This document shows, piece after piece, positions 51,346 to 61,949 of a DNA stretch of 64,000 nucleotides. How positions within the stretch are numbered: position 1 is the first letter of the stretch; each line of letters starts with the position of its first letter. Below the pieces are notes generated by a model that saw only the letters and a list, made by a program, of their open reading frames with translations, was not told the DNA's origin and did not search any database. The position numbers were made by a program, and so were the translations under genes. The stretch covers positions 5,248,001 through 5,312,000 of the forward strand of contig OZ245742.1 in the NCBI GenBank assembly GCA_965227295.1, written 5' to 3'. Source of the DNA: Leptonemataceae bacterium (GTDB lineage Bacteria > Spirochaetota > Leptospiria > Leptospirales > Leptonemataceae).

Positions 51346-54300
51346 ATGCAACTACATGATCTAAAACGCATCGTCGAACACGCCATAAACAGCGGAGAAC
51401 TTTCCCTGGCCACGAGCGCCCTCGATTCCGACGACGTTACGACGGTCTCCGCCGGCTATCTCCCCGACGACACGCTGCACCTGACGAACGCCACACATAC
51501 ACACGATGATCGTACTCATACCGTAACGGTCCATGGAACGGGCGTCGACTATCCCTTCAACGGCCTCCAAACGACGATCGTCTTTTCTTTCATAGATGAC
51601 CAGGTGGCTTTTGTGATGACGGGAACGCAGGACGCCGCCTGGAAGTTTTCCGAAGCCCTGCCCCTGTTTCGAAAGACGTTTCTCGCAAACCTGACGTTCC
51701 GGAGCGTCGCCGTCGTCCTCCGCACGAACGACGACGATGGAGAGCCCGCAGAAGATCCCCTGAGCTTTCGAGGCGATCTGGACCTCGCTTCGCTCTCGAC
51801 CTGGACGGCCCTCTTTCCCGACGTGCTCACGCTGAACTTTTCCGGCCCCATCGGCCTGCAGGACAACGGCAGTAACTTAAACTCCCTGCAACTTAGCGCC
51901 GATCCACTCACGGACATCCACCTGGGACTCGTCAGCGCCGATCTGCACCTGGAAATCGGCGTCTGGATACGCCACAATCCGTCCTGGCAAACGTATTCGG
52001 CGGTGCCCTACATCGAACTCGAAACCGACATGATGTACACCGACCACGAGGAACGCACGCACCACCTGCCGGTTTCGGCGCGCACCTGGGGACCGGCGAC
52101 GGAAATCCGCTTCGCCGCCGACCTGGCCGATCCCATCTCCACCACCGTGGACGCGCTCCGCAATCTGATCGGCGACGACTTCGATCCCGGCAGCATCGCG
52201 CTTCCGGACGGCTTCGAACTCCCGCCGGTCCTGGAACTCGGCAACTTCTACTTCGACTTTAACGTACAGAGCCGAAAGGTTACGACCATCGGCGTGGATC
52301 TGAAGAGCGGCCTCACCTGGGAGGTCTTTGAGATCGGACGATCCGGACAGAATCTTACTCTCGAAGAAATTACGCTCTCCTTTCGATTTCGCAATCCCTT
52401 CGACAATCTAAAAACCTGGCTCGGCATCAGCGGCGACATCGGCATCGGCGACGCCGGCACCATGAGCGTCGCCCTTTACTATCCCGACTGGTCGCTACAG
52501 GGAGCGCTGAAAGATGGAACGACGCTGAAGCTCGATGAACTACTGGCGACGATCCTCGGACCGGGGTCAGCGGTACCGCCGTTGAACGTCGGCGTACTGG
52601 GCTTTGAACTGAGTTCCGGCAACTACCTGCTGGACGTGCAAGTCGACGGCGCGTGGCCGCTGGTCCCGGACAGCATCCTGAGTATGCGCGAAGTCCGTTT
52701 TTATCTGCGACAGCAGAGCGCCGCAACCGAAGTCCGCATGCACGGAGTCTTCGATGTTACCGGCGCCGACGTCTACATGACCGCCAACTATCCTTCCGGC
52801 GACGTCGGCTGGACCTTCACCGGCAGCACGGGACCGGGCCAGGCGATTTCGGTCAACGACCTCGCCGGCGATCTGCCGTACATGTATCCCGGCAGCGATG
52901 CGAGTTTGCCGGACATCGTAAGCACGCTCACGATCAAAGACCTGGCGATCGCATTCAATACACGCACGCAAGACTTTCGCTTCACCGGCGCGACAGGCTT
53001 TCGACTAAACGCGAACCATGCAGACGAGACGAGCGCAGCGGACGCGCAGGAAGTCGACTTCGCACTGAGCATCCTCCTGCAACACGGCGCCGACGGTCTA
53101 TATCGCAAAGAAATCGGCGGCGAACTATTGTTTCGCCTGAGCGATACGCAGAGCCTCGGCTTTCACGTACGCTTTGCGCAGGTCTCGCAGGACTCGCAGG
53201 AATCTTCCGGCGCAAGCGACAACCGCTTCGTCGCCGGCTATCACGACGACAACGCCGAAGTCGTTTCGATACAAAGCCTGGTCGGATTGATCGCAGGCAG
53301 CCCGCCGCCCGCTCTTGCAGGCGTGAACGTATTCCTCAAAGAAGCGTTGCTGGCCTACGACCGCCCGGCAACCGGCAACGCCGTCGCCGTCTTTCGCGCG
53401 GCCCTGGGCAGTCGACTGAATCTTTCGCAACTCCCGCTCTTCGGCGCGGTGTTGCCGCCGGACGTCAGCCTGGAACTGGACTTAGAACTAACATACGCTC
53501 AAGACAATCTAACAAACGCAGAGGCCGCCGCCTTCAACGCGCTGCTTCCCGGCAGCGTTGCGCCCCTGCCGCTGTCCACGGCGGACGGCTCCCTGGCCAT
53601 TCCAGCCGGCGCCGGCATCCACAGCCAGTTGCGCATGGGCGACGTCTTCGAGCCGGTGGACTTTGCAATACAGTTAGCCGATACCGGCGGCAGTGCGGAG
53701 AAGATCACCGCGGAACCGCTGATTCGCACAACCCGCAGCGAAGACGGCACGAACAACGACGGCGTCCACTGGAAGACGCTCCAGAAAACCTTCGGCCCCC
53801 TGTATCTGAACAAGATCGGCATGCAGTACGCGAACCGGCGCATCGCCGTGTACCTGGACGCGACGATTGCAGCGGGAGGATTGCGGCTCGGCCTGGAAGG
53901 ACTCGGCGTCGGCGTATCGGTGGCGGGACTGACTTCCGGCGCAGACATCGAGCCGCGGTTTTATCTCCAGGGCGTGGAGCTGGCCTACGAAAAAGGACCG
54001 CTGCGCATCGACGGCTATCTGCTGCACCGGCGCCTCGCAGACGCCGACGAGTACGCGGGCGCGGCGGTCATCGTTACGGAGAGCCTGGGCCTTGCGGCGC
54101 TGGCGTCGTACTACACGCCGGACTCCGGCGCGCCGTCGCTCTTCGTGTACGGCGTCCTGGAATATCCCCTGGGCGGGCCGCCGTTCTTTTTTATCGAAGG
54201 ATTGTCCGCGGGCTTCGGATACAATCGCGCGCTGCGCATGCCGGGCATCGACGACGTCGCGTCCTTTCCCCTGGTCGCCGAGGTGATCGACGGCACGGCC

Positions 54301-55896
54301 GCCGCGCCGTCGAATCGCTCCGATCTCGCCGCGAAACTCGACCAGCTCGAAGCCTACGTCCCCCGCCATACGGGACAGTATTTCTTCACGGCCGGCGTAA
54401 AGTTTAATTCGTTTAAGATCATCGACGCCTTCGCCCTGCTCGCCGTCAGCTTCGGGCAGCGCTACGAGATCGACGTCCTGGGCCTGGCCACGGCCGTAGC
54501 ACCGCCGCCCTCCCCCGATGGAGGCGACGCCCATCTTCCGCGCCTGGCAGAAGTACAGATGGCGCTGCGAGCGCGCTACGCTCCGGACGAAGGCGTGCTG
54601 GAGTTTCGCGCGCAGCTAACTACAGCTTCGTATATATTAAGCCGCGACTGTCATCTCACCGGCGGCTTCGCGTTCTACGCCTGGACCGCCGACCAGGCGA
54701 ACGGCGCCCGGGCCGGCGACTTCGTGCAGACCCTGGGCGGCTATCATCCGGCATTCGAAAAACCGGCGCACTATCCCGCCGTGCCGCGTCTCGGATTCCT
54801 CTGGCGCCTGAACGATGCACTGACACTCAAGGGAGATCTCTACTTCGCATTCTGCGCCCACGCATTGATGGCCGGCGGAAACCTGGAAGCGGTCTGGAAG
54901 AGCGGCCACCTCAAGGCGTGGTTCCTGGCCGGCGTCGATCTATTACTGAACTGGAAACCCTACTACTACAGCGGCGGAGCTCATGTCAGCATCGGCGCCA
55001 CATATCAATTCAAGGTCTTCGGCAGTCGCAAGAAGGTCACGTTCACGACCGGCGCGCACCTGGAACTGTGGGGACCGGACTTTGCCGGCAGGCTCCATGT
55101 CGATTACTACGTCGTATCGTTTACGATTCGCTTCGGCGCGCCGAAGCGCCGGCCGCCGGCCGTCGACTGGCACGAGTTCCGCGCATCTTTTCTACCAGGG
55201 CAGTATCTCAGCGTGGCAGCCCGGGCCGGTCTGATCGGGCAGGATGCCGCATCAACCGGGGACGCCGTGCAACTCGGAACGCTCAATCCCACGGAATGCA
55301 CCCTGGTCATCGATTCGGCGATTCCGACGAAAAAAGTATTCTTCAACCAGCAACCCCAGGACCTCGAACCGCCGGACGATTTCGCCGTTCGTCCGGTCCG
55401 CATTCCAGCCGATCAACTGAACGTAAGCCAGCACATCAGCGTTACGCGTTCCGGACAAACGATCGGCATGTTCGAATGCACGCCGATCCGGAAGGACATG
55501 CCCGCCGCGCTGTGGGGGGAACCGCTGCGAGATAATTCCCCGGACGTAAACGACGGACGCTTCGTCAGCAATCTCGTAACGGGGCTCATCATTCAGCCGC
55601 GCTCCACGGCGCCCGGCGGCGGCCTGGCCGGCTATGAAACGACCCTCCCGCGCCAAGAAGGCGGCGTCTTTGCGTATGCGCCGTTCCGGAGCCCGCACGC
55701 CGACGACATGATCGAATCTCCATGCAACACCATCGCCGAGGACATCATGCAGGGGGACGCGGCGACCGCCGGCACGACCGTCCACCGGCGTAACGAAGTC
55801 CTGAGCGCCCTGGGTCTATCAGCAAACGACATCGATCTGGATGCAAGCGTCGCGGAAATGTTCTTTGTCCCGCCGCGGATCGTAGCGTCGCCGTAG
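51346..55896 (+). CDS. Large beta-rich protein with a C-terminal DUF6603-like domain (1516 aa)
   Basis: KTFGPL, PLGGPPFFFIEGLSAGFGYNR, LSRDCHLTGGFAF, GDFVQTLGGYHPAF..P.HYP.VPRLG.W, GDLYFA, ELWGP, VSFTI.FG, PAALWG; family recalled from motifs, not searched. Confidence 0.75.
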   Translation: MQLHDLKRIVEHAINSGELSLATSALDSDDVTTVSAGYLPDDTLHLTNATHTHDDRTHTVTVHGTGVDYPFNGLQTTIVFSFIDDQVAFVMTGTQDAAWKFSEALPLFRKTFLANLTFRSVAVVLRTNDDDGEPAEDPLSFRGDLDLASLSTWTALFPDVLTLNFSGPIGLQDNGSNLNSLQLSADPLTDIHLGLVSADLHLEIGVWIRHNPSWQTYSAVPYIELETDMMYTDHEERTHHLPVSARTWGPATEIRFAADLADPISTTVDALRNLIGDDFDPGSIALPDGFELPPVLELGNFYFDFNVQSRKVTTIGVDLKSGLTWEVFEIGRSGQNLTLEEITLSFRFRNPFDNLKTWLGISGDIGIGDAGTMSVALYYPDWSLQGALKDGTTLKLDELLATILGPGSAVPPLNVGVLGFELSSGNYLLDVQVDGAWPLVPDSILSMREVRFYLRQQSAATEVRMHGVFDVTGADVYMTANYPSGDVGWTFTGSTGPGQAISVNDLAGDLPYMYPGSDASLPDIVSTLTIKDLAIAFNTRTQDFRFTGATGFRLNANHADETSAADAQEVDFALSILLQHGADGLYRKEIGGELLFRLSDTQSLGFHVRFAQVSQDSQESSGASDNRFVAGYHDDNAEVVSIQSLVGLIAGSPPPALAGVNVFLKEALLAYDRPATGNAVAVFRAALGSRLNLSQLPLFGAVLPPDVSLELDLELTYAQDNLTNAEAAAFNALLPGSVAPLPLSTADGSLAIPAGAGIHSQLRMGDVFEPVDFAIQLADTGGSAEKITAEPLIRTTRSEDGTNNDGVHWKTLQKTFGPLYLNKIGMQYANRRIAVYLDATIAAGGLRLGLEGLGVGVSVAGLTSGADIEPRFYLQGVELAYEKGPLRIDGYLLHRRLADADEYAGAAVIVTESLGLAALASYYTPDSGAPSLFVYGVLEYPLGGPPFFFIEGLSAGFGYNRALRMPGIDDVASFPLVAEVIDGTAAAPSNRSDLAAKLDQLEAYVPRHTGQYFFTAGVKFNSFKIIDAFALLAVSFGQRYEIDVLGLATAVAPPPSPDGGDAHLPRLAEVQMALRARYAPDEGVLEFRAQLTTASYILSRDCHLTGGFAFYAWTADQANGARAGDFVQTLGGYHPAFEKPAHYPAVPRLGFLWRLNDALTLKGDLYFAFCAHALMAGGNLEAVWKSGHLKAWFLAGVDLLLNWKPYYYSGGAHVSIGATYQFKVFGSRKKVTFTTGAHLELWGPDFAGRLHVDYYVVSFTIRFGAPKRRPPAVDWHEFRASFLPGQYLSVAARAGLIGQDAASTGDAVQLGTLNPTECTLVIDSAIPTKKVFFNQQPQDLEPPDDFAVRPVRIPADQLNVSQHISVTRSGQTIGMFECTPIRKDMPAALWGEPLRDNSPDVNDGRFVSNLVTGLIIQPRSTAPGGGLAGYETTLPRQEGGVFAYAPFRSPHADDMIESPCNTIAEDIMQGDAATAGTTVHRRNEVLSALGLSANDIDLDASVAEMFFVPPRIVASP

Positions 55897-56065
55897 CGCT
55901 CCTCCTTCTCAGCGCCGCAACAACCACCGCGCCGCGTCCTCGAACCCCCGGACCTCCGGCCGCGCAGTTGCGCACGGTCGGCATCGATGCCGCTCAGACG
56001 ATGCACGAGACCGTCGACGCCGCCGCACTTCATGCAATTCGCACGGCCCCAGAAAGTACAGGCGC

Positions 56066-56091
56066 TGAAGCAACCGACTTCGCTTCAGTCG
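56066..56091 (-). terminator. Possible hairpin just after the rho stop
   Basis: CTGAAGC..GCTTCAG inverted repeat. Confidence 0.3.
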
Positions 56092-56092
56092 C

Positions 56093-57553
56093 TTACGACG
56101 ACGGCACGTTCATGGACGCCAGAAAATCCACGTTCGTCTTGGTGTTCTTCATGCGATCGAGCAACAACTCCATGGCTTCTGTCGTAGACATGGGCGAGAG
56201 CGCCTTGCGAAGTACGAAGACCTTGGGCAGCACGTCGTCTTCGAGCAGCAGCTCTTCTTTCCGCGTGCCGCTTTTGTTGAGATCGATGGCCGGATAGATG
56301 CGCTTGTCCGCGAGGCGACGATCCAGGTGGATCTCCATGTTACCGGTGCCCTTGAACTCTTCGAAGATGACCTCGTCCATGCGCGAGCCCGTGTCGATGA
56401 GCGCCGTCGCCATGATCGTAAGCGAACCGCCGTGTTCAATGTTCCGCGCCGCGCCGAAGAAACGCTTCGGTTTGTGCAACGCGTTCGAGTCCACACCACC
56501 GGAGAGGATCTTGCCCGACGTCGGAATGACCTGGTTGTAAGCGCGCGCGAGACGCGTGATCGAGTCGAGCAGGATGACCACGTCCCGGCCGTGCTCCACC
56601 TGGCGCTTGGCCTTTTCGATGACCATCTCGGCGACCTGGACGTGACGCGAGGCCGGCTCATCGAACGTGGACGAGATGACCTCGCCCTTCACGTGCCGCG
56701 CCATGTCGGTGACCTCCTCCGGACGTTCGTCGATGAGCAGGACCATCAACTGTACTTCCGGATGGTTCGCCGTAATGGCGTTCGCAATGCTCTGCATGAG
56801 GATCGTTTTACCGGTCCGCGGCGGAGCGACGATGAGGCCGCGCTGGCCTTTGCCGATGGGCGTCAACAGATCGATGATGCGCGTATCCATCTGGCCGGGA
56901 TTCCACTCCATGACCAGGCGTTCGTTCGGATACAGCGGCGTGAGGTTGTCGAAGAGAATGCGGCGCTGGGCGTCGTCCGGTGACTCACCGTTGACCGTAT
57001 CCACGCGCAACATGGCGAAGAAGCGCTCGCTTTCTTTCGGCGGGCGGATTTGTCCGGTGATGGTATCGCCGGTGCGCAGGCCGAAGAGACGAATCTGCGA
57101 CGGGGAAACGTAGATATCGTCCGGGCCCGGCAGGTAGTTATAGTCCGCGCTGCGCAGAAAGCCGTAACCTTCCGAAAGTTTCTCCATGGTACCGGCGGCG
57201 TGCACGATGCCGTTCCGCTCGGCCTGTTTCTGGAGAATGGTGAAGATGAGGTTCTGCTTCTTCTGGCCGGCGACATTCTCGCCGCTCATTTCCTCGGCGA
57301 TCTTCGACAGCTCGGCAATGGGCATGGCCTTCAGCAACGTGAGGTCGATGGGATCCGGAGTCTCGCCGGTATACGGCGGCGGCGTCGGCTCCTTGTTGCT
57401 TTCGCCTTTGTCCCGGGAACCCCGGCGTCCGCGACGACCGCGACCATTACTATTGCTGTTACCGCCGCCGCTTTCCGGCTCGGCCTCCGCAGCGACGTTG
57501 CCGTCCGCTTCTTCCGCGTTGGCGTTTTTGTTTCGGGTCCTCCGAACTGCCAT
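56093..57553 (-). CDS. rho: Transcription termination factor Rho
   Basis: [66 protein letters not shown]. Confidence 0.99.
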   Translation of the reverse strand: MAVRRTRNKNANAEEADGNVAAEAEPESGGGNSNSNGRGRRGRRGSRDKGESNKEPTPPPYTGETPDPIDLTLLKAMPIAELSKIAEEMSGENVAGQKKQNLIFTILQKQAERNGIVHAAGTMEKLSEGYGFLRSADYNYLPGPDDIYVSPSQIRLFGLRTGDTITGQIRPPKESERFFAMLRVDTVNGESPDDAQRRILFDNLTPLYPNERLVMEWNPGQMDTRIIDLLTPIGKGQRGLIVAPPRTGKTILMQSIANAITANHPEVQLMVLLIDERPEEVTDMARHVKGEVISSTFDEPASRHVQVAEMVIEKAKRQVEHGRDVVILLDSITRLARAYNQVIPTSGKILSGGVDSNALHKPKRFFGAARNIEHGGSLTIMATALIDTGSRMDEVIFEEFKGTGNMEIHLDRRLADKRIYPAIDLNKSGTRKEELLLEDDVLPKVFVLRKALSPMSTTEAMELLLDRMKNTKTNVDFLASMNVPSS

Positions 57554-57809
57554 ATAAACTCCTTAAGGTACTCTTACTCGTGAGTGTTAGATTTTCAGGT
57601 GGGTTGGGGGCTTTCGTCTACACGCAGCAGCGTGTAGCATCCGCGGGGACGCCGTAGCCGGGGTGCCGACGTTCGTTGATTCAACGGATGTGAAAGATCA
57701 GGGGATATTAGCTACAAGGATAGGATTCCGAAAGCTTCCGTAGAGCAAAGCCGACAGATTCAAATCCGTCAACAAAAAAATCCAGAGATTGAATTACGTT
57801 CCCATCAAC

Positions 57810-58895
57810 TTAGAAGCGGATGTACCGCCGCGGGTTGATGGGCCGGTTGTTTTTGATCAGTTCGAAGTGCAGATGCGCGCCGGTGGAGCGACCGGTATTG
57901 CCGGAGACACCCACGTTTTGCCCTGCTTTCACAAACTGACCGGGCCGCACCTTCGTGCGACTGAGATGAGCATACAATGACTTAAAGCCGCCCTCGTGGC
58001 GGATCATCACAACCTTGCCGTAGCTTCCAAGGTAGCCGGCATACATGACCTGGCCGTCGCGCACGGCGCGAACGGACCGGTATGCCACGCCGACGTCGAT
58101 GCCGGTGTGTTTGTGACGATGGCCGAGGATGGGATGCCGGCGCCAGCCGAAGCGTGACGTGACACGACCGCCGATGACCGGACGCAACCAGCGTACGGGC
58201 GGCGTCGGGATCTTCGCGTTCGGTAGAAAGACGGTTTCGCCCGGTTCCACCAGATCGAGTTCGGCGAGGTCCGGGTTGTCGAGGACAATGTCCTCAATCT
58301 TTACAGAGTAGTGCTGGGCCACTGCAGCCAGGGTGTCGCCCTTCTTCACTTTGTACATGAGCCCCGGGCGATCGGGGATGACCAGTTCCTGGCCGGGGCG
58401 CAGGACCGAGTGCACTTTGATTTTCGATGAGGCCGCGATGAGCGTTGCGGGCACGCGATGGCGAATGGCGATCTGGGACAGAGTGTCACCGGACTGCACT
58501 TTGTAGCGGATCATTTTCACCTGGCCGTCGTGGCGAGCTTCGGACTCTTCGGCCTCGGCCAGGCGTTCTTTCAATTCGTCGGAACGCTGCTCCAGTTCTA
58601 TGTAGCGACCCTCTTCTTCCAGGCGCTTGAGTTCGTTGATTTGCGTCACCGGATCGGCGGTGCCGGAACCGGACGAGATGCTGAGCACCAGGAACACGAA
58701 TCCGCCCGCGGCGAGAGCGCCCAGGCTGCGATTGCGATAGGCCGGGCGCCAGAGTTCGATTTTGCCGACGATGGGATAGTTGCGACCGGGAAAGCTGTAG
58801 AGAAAGGTGCCGCCCCCGAGGTGCATCAGAGAGAAGCGACCCTTCAGGGAAAAGATGCGCCGACCGGACTTGTTCTTAAAGCGGCGTTGGTACAT
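57810..58895 (-). CDS. LysM-containing M23 peptidoglycan endopeptidase
   Basis: Two LysM repeats (YKVQSGDTL, YKVKKGDTL); HTGIDV, YAHLS, GNTGRSTGAHLHFE. Confidence 0.93.
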   Translation of the reverse strand: MYQRRFKNKSGRRIFSLKGRFSLMHLGGGTFLYSFPGRNYPIVGKIELWRPAYRNRSLGALAAGGFVFLVLSISSGSGTADPVTQINELKRLEEEGRYIELEQRSDELKERLAEAEESEARHDGQVKMIRYKVQSGDTLSQIAIRHRVPATLIAASSKIKVHSVLRPGQELVIPDRPGLMYKVKKGDTLAAVAQHYSVKIEDIVLDNPDLAELDLVEPGETVFLPNAKIPTPPVRWLRPVIGGRVTSRFGWRRHPILGHRHKHTGIDVGVAYRSVRAVRDGQVMYAGYLGSYGKVVMIRHEGGFKSLYAHLSRTKVRPGQFVKAGQNVGVSGNTGRSTGAHLHFELIKNNRPINPRRYIRF

Positions 58896-59128
58896 CTCAG
58901 TGTGATTTTCCCGGTAAGATAGACATAATTGCGAAATGCAGAGAGTTTGCTAACGTTATTCTAACAGGTGTGCGGGGCAAGATTGTCCATTGTGCACCGC
59001 CCTGCAAAGAACTTTTTTCCACAATGACAGGAAAGGTGCGACACTCTCCCGATCTGGGCCCTTGAAAGTACATTCGGCGGAAACGCAACCGCACGGCAGT
59101 AAATTTTCCGGCGCCCTCGCACCCGGCT

Positions 59129-59530
59129 TTATGATTTGTCGGCGAGACGCATGCCGCCGTAGGACTCTTCTACGACCTTTTTCACGTCCTTCTTCTGCCC
59201 GCCGCTGATGTTGATGCTGCCCTGGGCCACGACGCCCGGGGCAATGTGCAGGATCGGCGCCTGGATATCGCCCAGCAGTTTGCCGGTTTTCTCCAGACGC
59301 ACTTCGTTTTCGGCGGCGATGTTGCCGATCATGGTGCCGGCGACCACGACCTCTTTGGCGCTGATGTTCGTTTTGATTTTACCGGTCTCGCCCACCATCA
59401 GGGCATCCTCGGTTTTGATCTCGCCCTCGAACTTACCGTCAATCCGGAGACTGCCGGAAATGTAAAATTTGCCTTCGAAGATCGATCCGGGACCGATCAC
59501 GCTGTTCAGAGAGTCGTTCTTCATCGCCAT
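59129..59530 (-). CDS. Bactofilin (polymer-forming cytoskeletal protein)
   Basis: IGPGSIFEG..LRIDG.FEG.I..VG..G.I..NI.A..V.V.G beta-helix pattern. Confidence 0.92.
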   Translation of the reverse strand: MAMKNDSLNSVIGPGSIFEGKFYISGSLRIDGKFEGEIKTEDALMVGETGKIKTNISAKEVVVAGTMIGNIAAENEVRLEKTGKLLGDIQAPILHIAPGVVAQGSINISGGQKKDVKKVVEESYGGMRLADKS

Positions 59531-59613
59531 AACGCAATCCGCCGGGCGGTCGGGTATTCTCGCAAGACATTTTCAATCACGGACGATCCGAATTCCCGGG
59601 TGGCGTCTCCGAA

Positions 59614-61479
59614 CTACCGCTCAAACCGCGGGTCCACCACCGGTTGGCGCACACGGCCGTCGCTCATGGTCAGGTTAATGCGATCGATATTCTGCCGCGC
59701 GCGATTGACCTCGGCGCCGTCGCCGCGCTGGATCAACTCACGATAGATCGACAACGCGTCCGCAAAGCGTCGTTGTTGATGCGCGAGAAAGGCCTGGCGT
59801 TCCAGGATCGCCGGGTAGTCGAGAGACAACAGACGCGAACGCAGAAACGCCGCATCGGCCTCGATGGCCGGCAAATCGATGCGCTGCAACTCGTAGTACT
59901 GCCGCTGCAACGCCTCGTCCTCACGATTCAGCAACGATCGTTTCACGTCCTGGATTTCTTTGCGCAGGGCACGTTCGCGCTCCAGCACGGCCTGGTACTC
60001 CGTATCGATGTCGAGGTACGCTTCCCGCGCAGCACTCAAGGCCGTGGCCTCATCCACGCTGCGTTGCTGCCGACGATGGATCGCTGCCAGGCGACTGTAA
60101 ATGCGAAAGCGCTCCGCTCGCCACAGCGTCCGCTCCTGCACGGACAGCGCGGCGATGTCCGGTACCGGTGCCGCCAGGTACGCTGCGTACAGGTCGCGCG
60201 CGCGATCGAGGCGGCCGGTCTTCGCAAAGTGCAAATCAGCGATACCTAACGAGATGCGTCGACGTTCGTCGGACTCCGGCGCGCGCTCGAGATACTCCTC
60301 GTAGGCCTCGGCGGCACGAATGGCGTTCTTCTGCGCGGAGTACATTTGCGCCAGGCGCAGATAGTGCGGGGCCAGCTCCGCCGGATCCGCGGGATCGGGG
60401 ACGACTTCGAGGTAGCGCTCCTGAAAGGCGATGGCCTCACGCCAGCGAAAACGACGCCGGTAGATTTCCACCAGTTCGTCGATGTAAAGCGGCGTCACCG
60501 GATCCAACTGATGCGCCAGTTGCAGCAGGGTACTCCGCGAACCGAATTGATCGGCGATCTCGGCCATGCGATAGGCCGTGTCGCCTTCGTTGGATTGTTT
60601 CTCGCGCAGATACACCCGATACGGGCCGAAGCGGATCTCTTCCATTTGCGTGAGTACGATGTTCCGCCGGTTGCGCAATTCGTCCAGGGTGCGCCGTGCT
60701 TCTTCGGCGCTCACCGGCGGAGTCACTCCGCGCAGGCGCATGGACTGCACCACGTCGACGGTTTTCCCGGCTTCTGCGAGCTCGGGCTTCAGCCGCGCGT
60801 ACTCTTCCATTAAGCCGCGAAAGTTCTGCGCCGCCGTGGCAATGGCCGCGTTCGGTTCCTGGGCAATGCGATCCGGATCGGCGAACGTACGCAGCATCAG
60901 CATATAACGTTGCTCCCGGGCGGCGGCGTCGGCCGCGGCCGGATCTTCGTCGGCCATGCCCACGGGCACCGGCAGATCCGCCGGCATTGCTAAGTCACGG
61001 CCGGTGTACCTTAAGGCCATGGAAAATTCCGCCAGGGCCCGGTCGGTTTCCTGGGAGCCGATGCTGCTGTAGGCCCGGCCCAGGATCCGGTGCAGGCGAA
61101 AGAGATACGGCGACTCGCCCTGAAAATAAGAACGCCCGTAGAGGCGCTCGCGCTCCCGGAGAACGCGGCGCAGCGCGTTCGCGGACAGGCCGGCGTAACT
61201 GAGCGGTTCATTGCGACGTTCGTCCTCGGTGAGCTTGTCCTCCACGAACTGCGAATAGTAGCGGTCCAGTTGTTCCCGGGCCCGGGCGATGATGACGTCG
61301 TAGGAAGGGACCGGGGCCTCGAGCTCTGCTTCCAACTGCGTGATTACCGCCGGGTCGATGAGGGCCTGAGGTTTTTCGTAGAGCGCGGCACGGCTGTCGG
61401 GATCCAGGGCGGATTGGGCCCGCAGGCCCGCAAAAAACGGCAGAACGGCAAACAGCAAGATGATCGGCAACCGGGACAT
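59614..61479 (-). CDS. Exported TPR/coiled-coil protein
   Basis: Signal peptide; all-helical TPR-like repeats. Confidence 0.7.
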   Translation of the reverse strand: MSRLPIILLFAVLPFFAGLRAQSALDPDSRAALYEKPQALIDPAVITQLEAELEAPVPSYDVIIARAREQLDRYYSQFVEDKLTEDERRNEPLSYAGLSANALRRVLRERERLYGRSYFQGESPYLFRLHRILGRAYSSIGSQETDRALAEFSMALRYTGRDLAMPADLPVPVGMADEDPAAADAAAREQRYMLMLRTFADPDRIAQEPNAAIATAAQNFRGLMEEYARLKPELAEAGKTVDVVQSMRLRGVTPPVSAEEARRTLDELRNRRNIVLTQMEEIRFGPYRVYLREKQSNEGDTAYRMAEIADQFGSRSTLLQLAHQLDPVTPLYIDELVEIYRRRFRWREAIAFQERYLEVVPDPADPAELAPHYLRLAQMYSAQKNAIRAAEAYEEYLERAPESDERRRISLGIADLHFAKTGRLDRARDLYAAYLAAPVPDIAALSVQERTLWRAERFRIYSRLAAIHRRQQRSVDEATALSAAREAYLDIDTEYQAVLERERALRKEIQDVKRSLLNREDEALQRQYYELQRIDLPAIEADAAFLRSRLLSLDYPAILERQAFLAHQQRRFADALSIYRELIQRGDGAEVNRARQNIDRINLTMSDGRVRQPVVDPRFER

Positions 61480-61546
61480 GGCTATCCAGAGTATCGGTGA
61501 AAATCGCCGGCTCCGTAACGGCGGAGATCACCGGTCCGGCGGTCCT

Positions 61547-61897
61547 TCAGGACGGCGAGCAGGTTCGGGCGGCGGCCTCCGCCGATGCGACGTCTTCGTG
61601 GAGCGGAAAGAAATCCTGCAGGCGACTCAACTTCACGACCATGGCCACGGCGCGGGGTGCATTACAATAGAAGAGACCGCCACCGACCGTGCGAAACTTC
61701 TTCTGCGCGGCAATCAGGGCGCCGAATCCGGCGGAGTCGATGAACGAAACGCCGGTGAGATCGATGACGACCCGGATGCGATGTTCCTCTATGAGATGCT
61801 GGAAGGCCTCGGTCAGGTTCTCGTCGTTGTGCAGGTCGACCTGGCCTTCCAGGGCAAGGATCTGTACGCCGTCTTTCTCTTCGATATCGAAGTCCAT
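61547..61897 (-). CDS. STAS-domain anti-sigma-factor antagonist
   Basis: LEGQVDL..VVIDLTGVSFIDSAGFGAL. Confidence 0.92.
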   Translation of the reverse strand: MDFDIEEKDGVQILALEGQVDLHNDENLTEAFQHLIEEHRIRVVIDLTGVSFIDSAGFGALIAAQKKFRTVGGGLFYCNAPRAVAMVVKLSRLQDFFPLHEDVASAEAAARTCSPS

Positions 61898-61949
61898 AGG
61901 GCCTCGGACCATCGAAGAATCCGCGGACCGACAACACAAACTATTAATA

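Noticed and set aside
41962..55896. Prophage, eCIS, T6SS or Tc toxin locus
   Set aside because: No recognisable capsid, terminase, sheath, tube, baseplate, VgrG/PAAR, SpvB or RHS motifs; only the fibre and the small protein look phage-like.
57554..57809. Riboswitch or ncRNA in the rho leader
   Set aside because: Only short hairpins (e.g. CTACACGC..GCGTGTAG) and no recognisable family motif; may simply be the autoregulatory leader.
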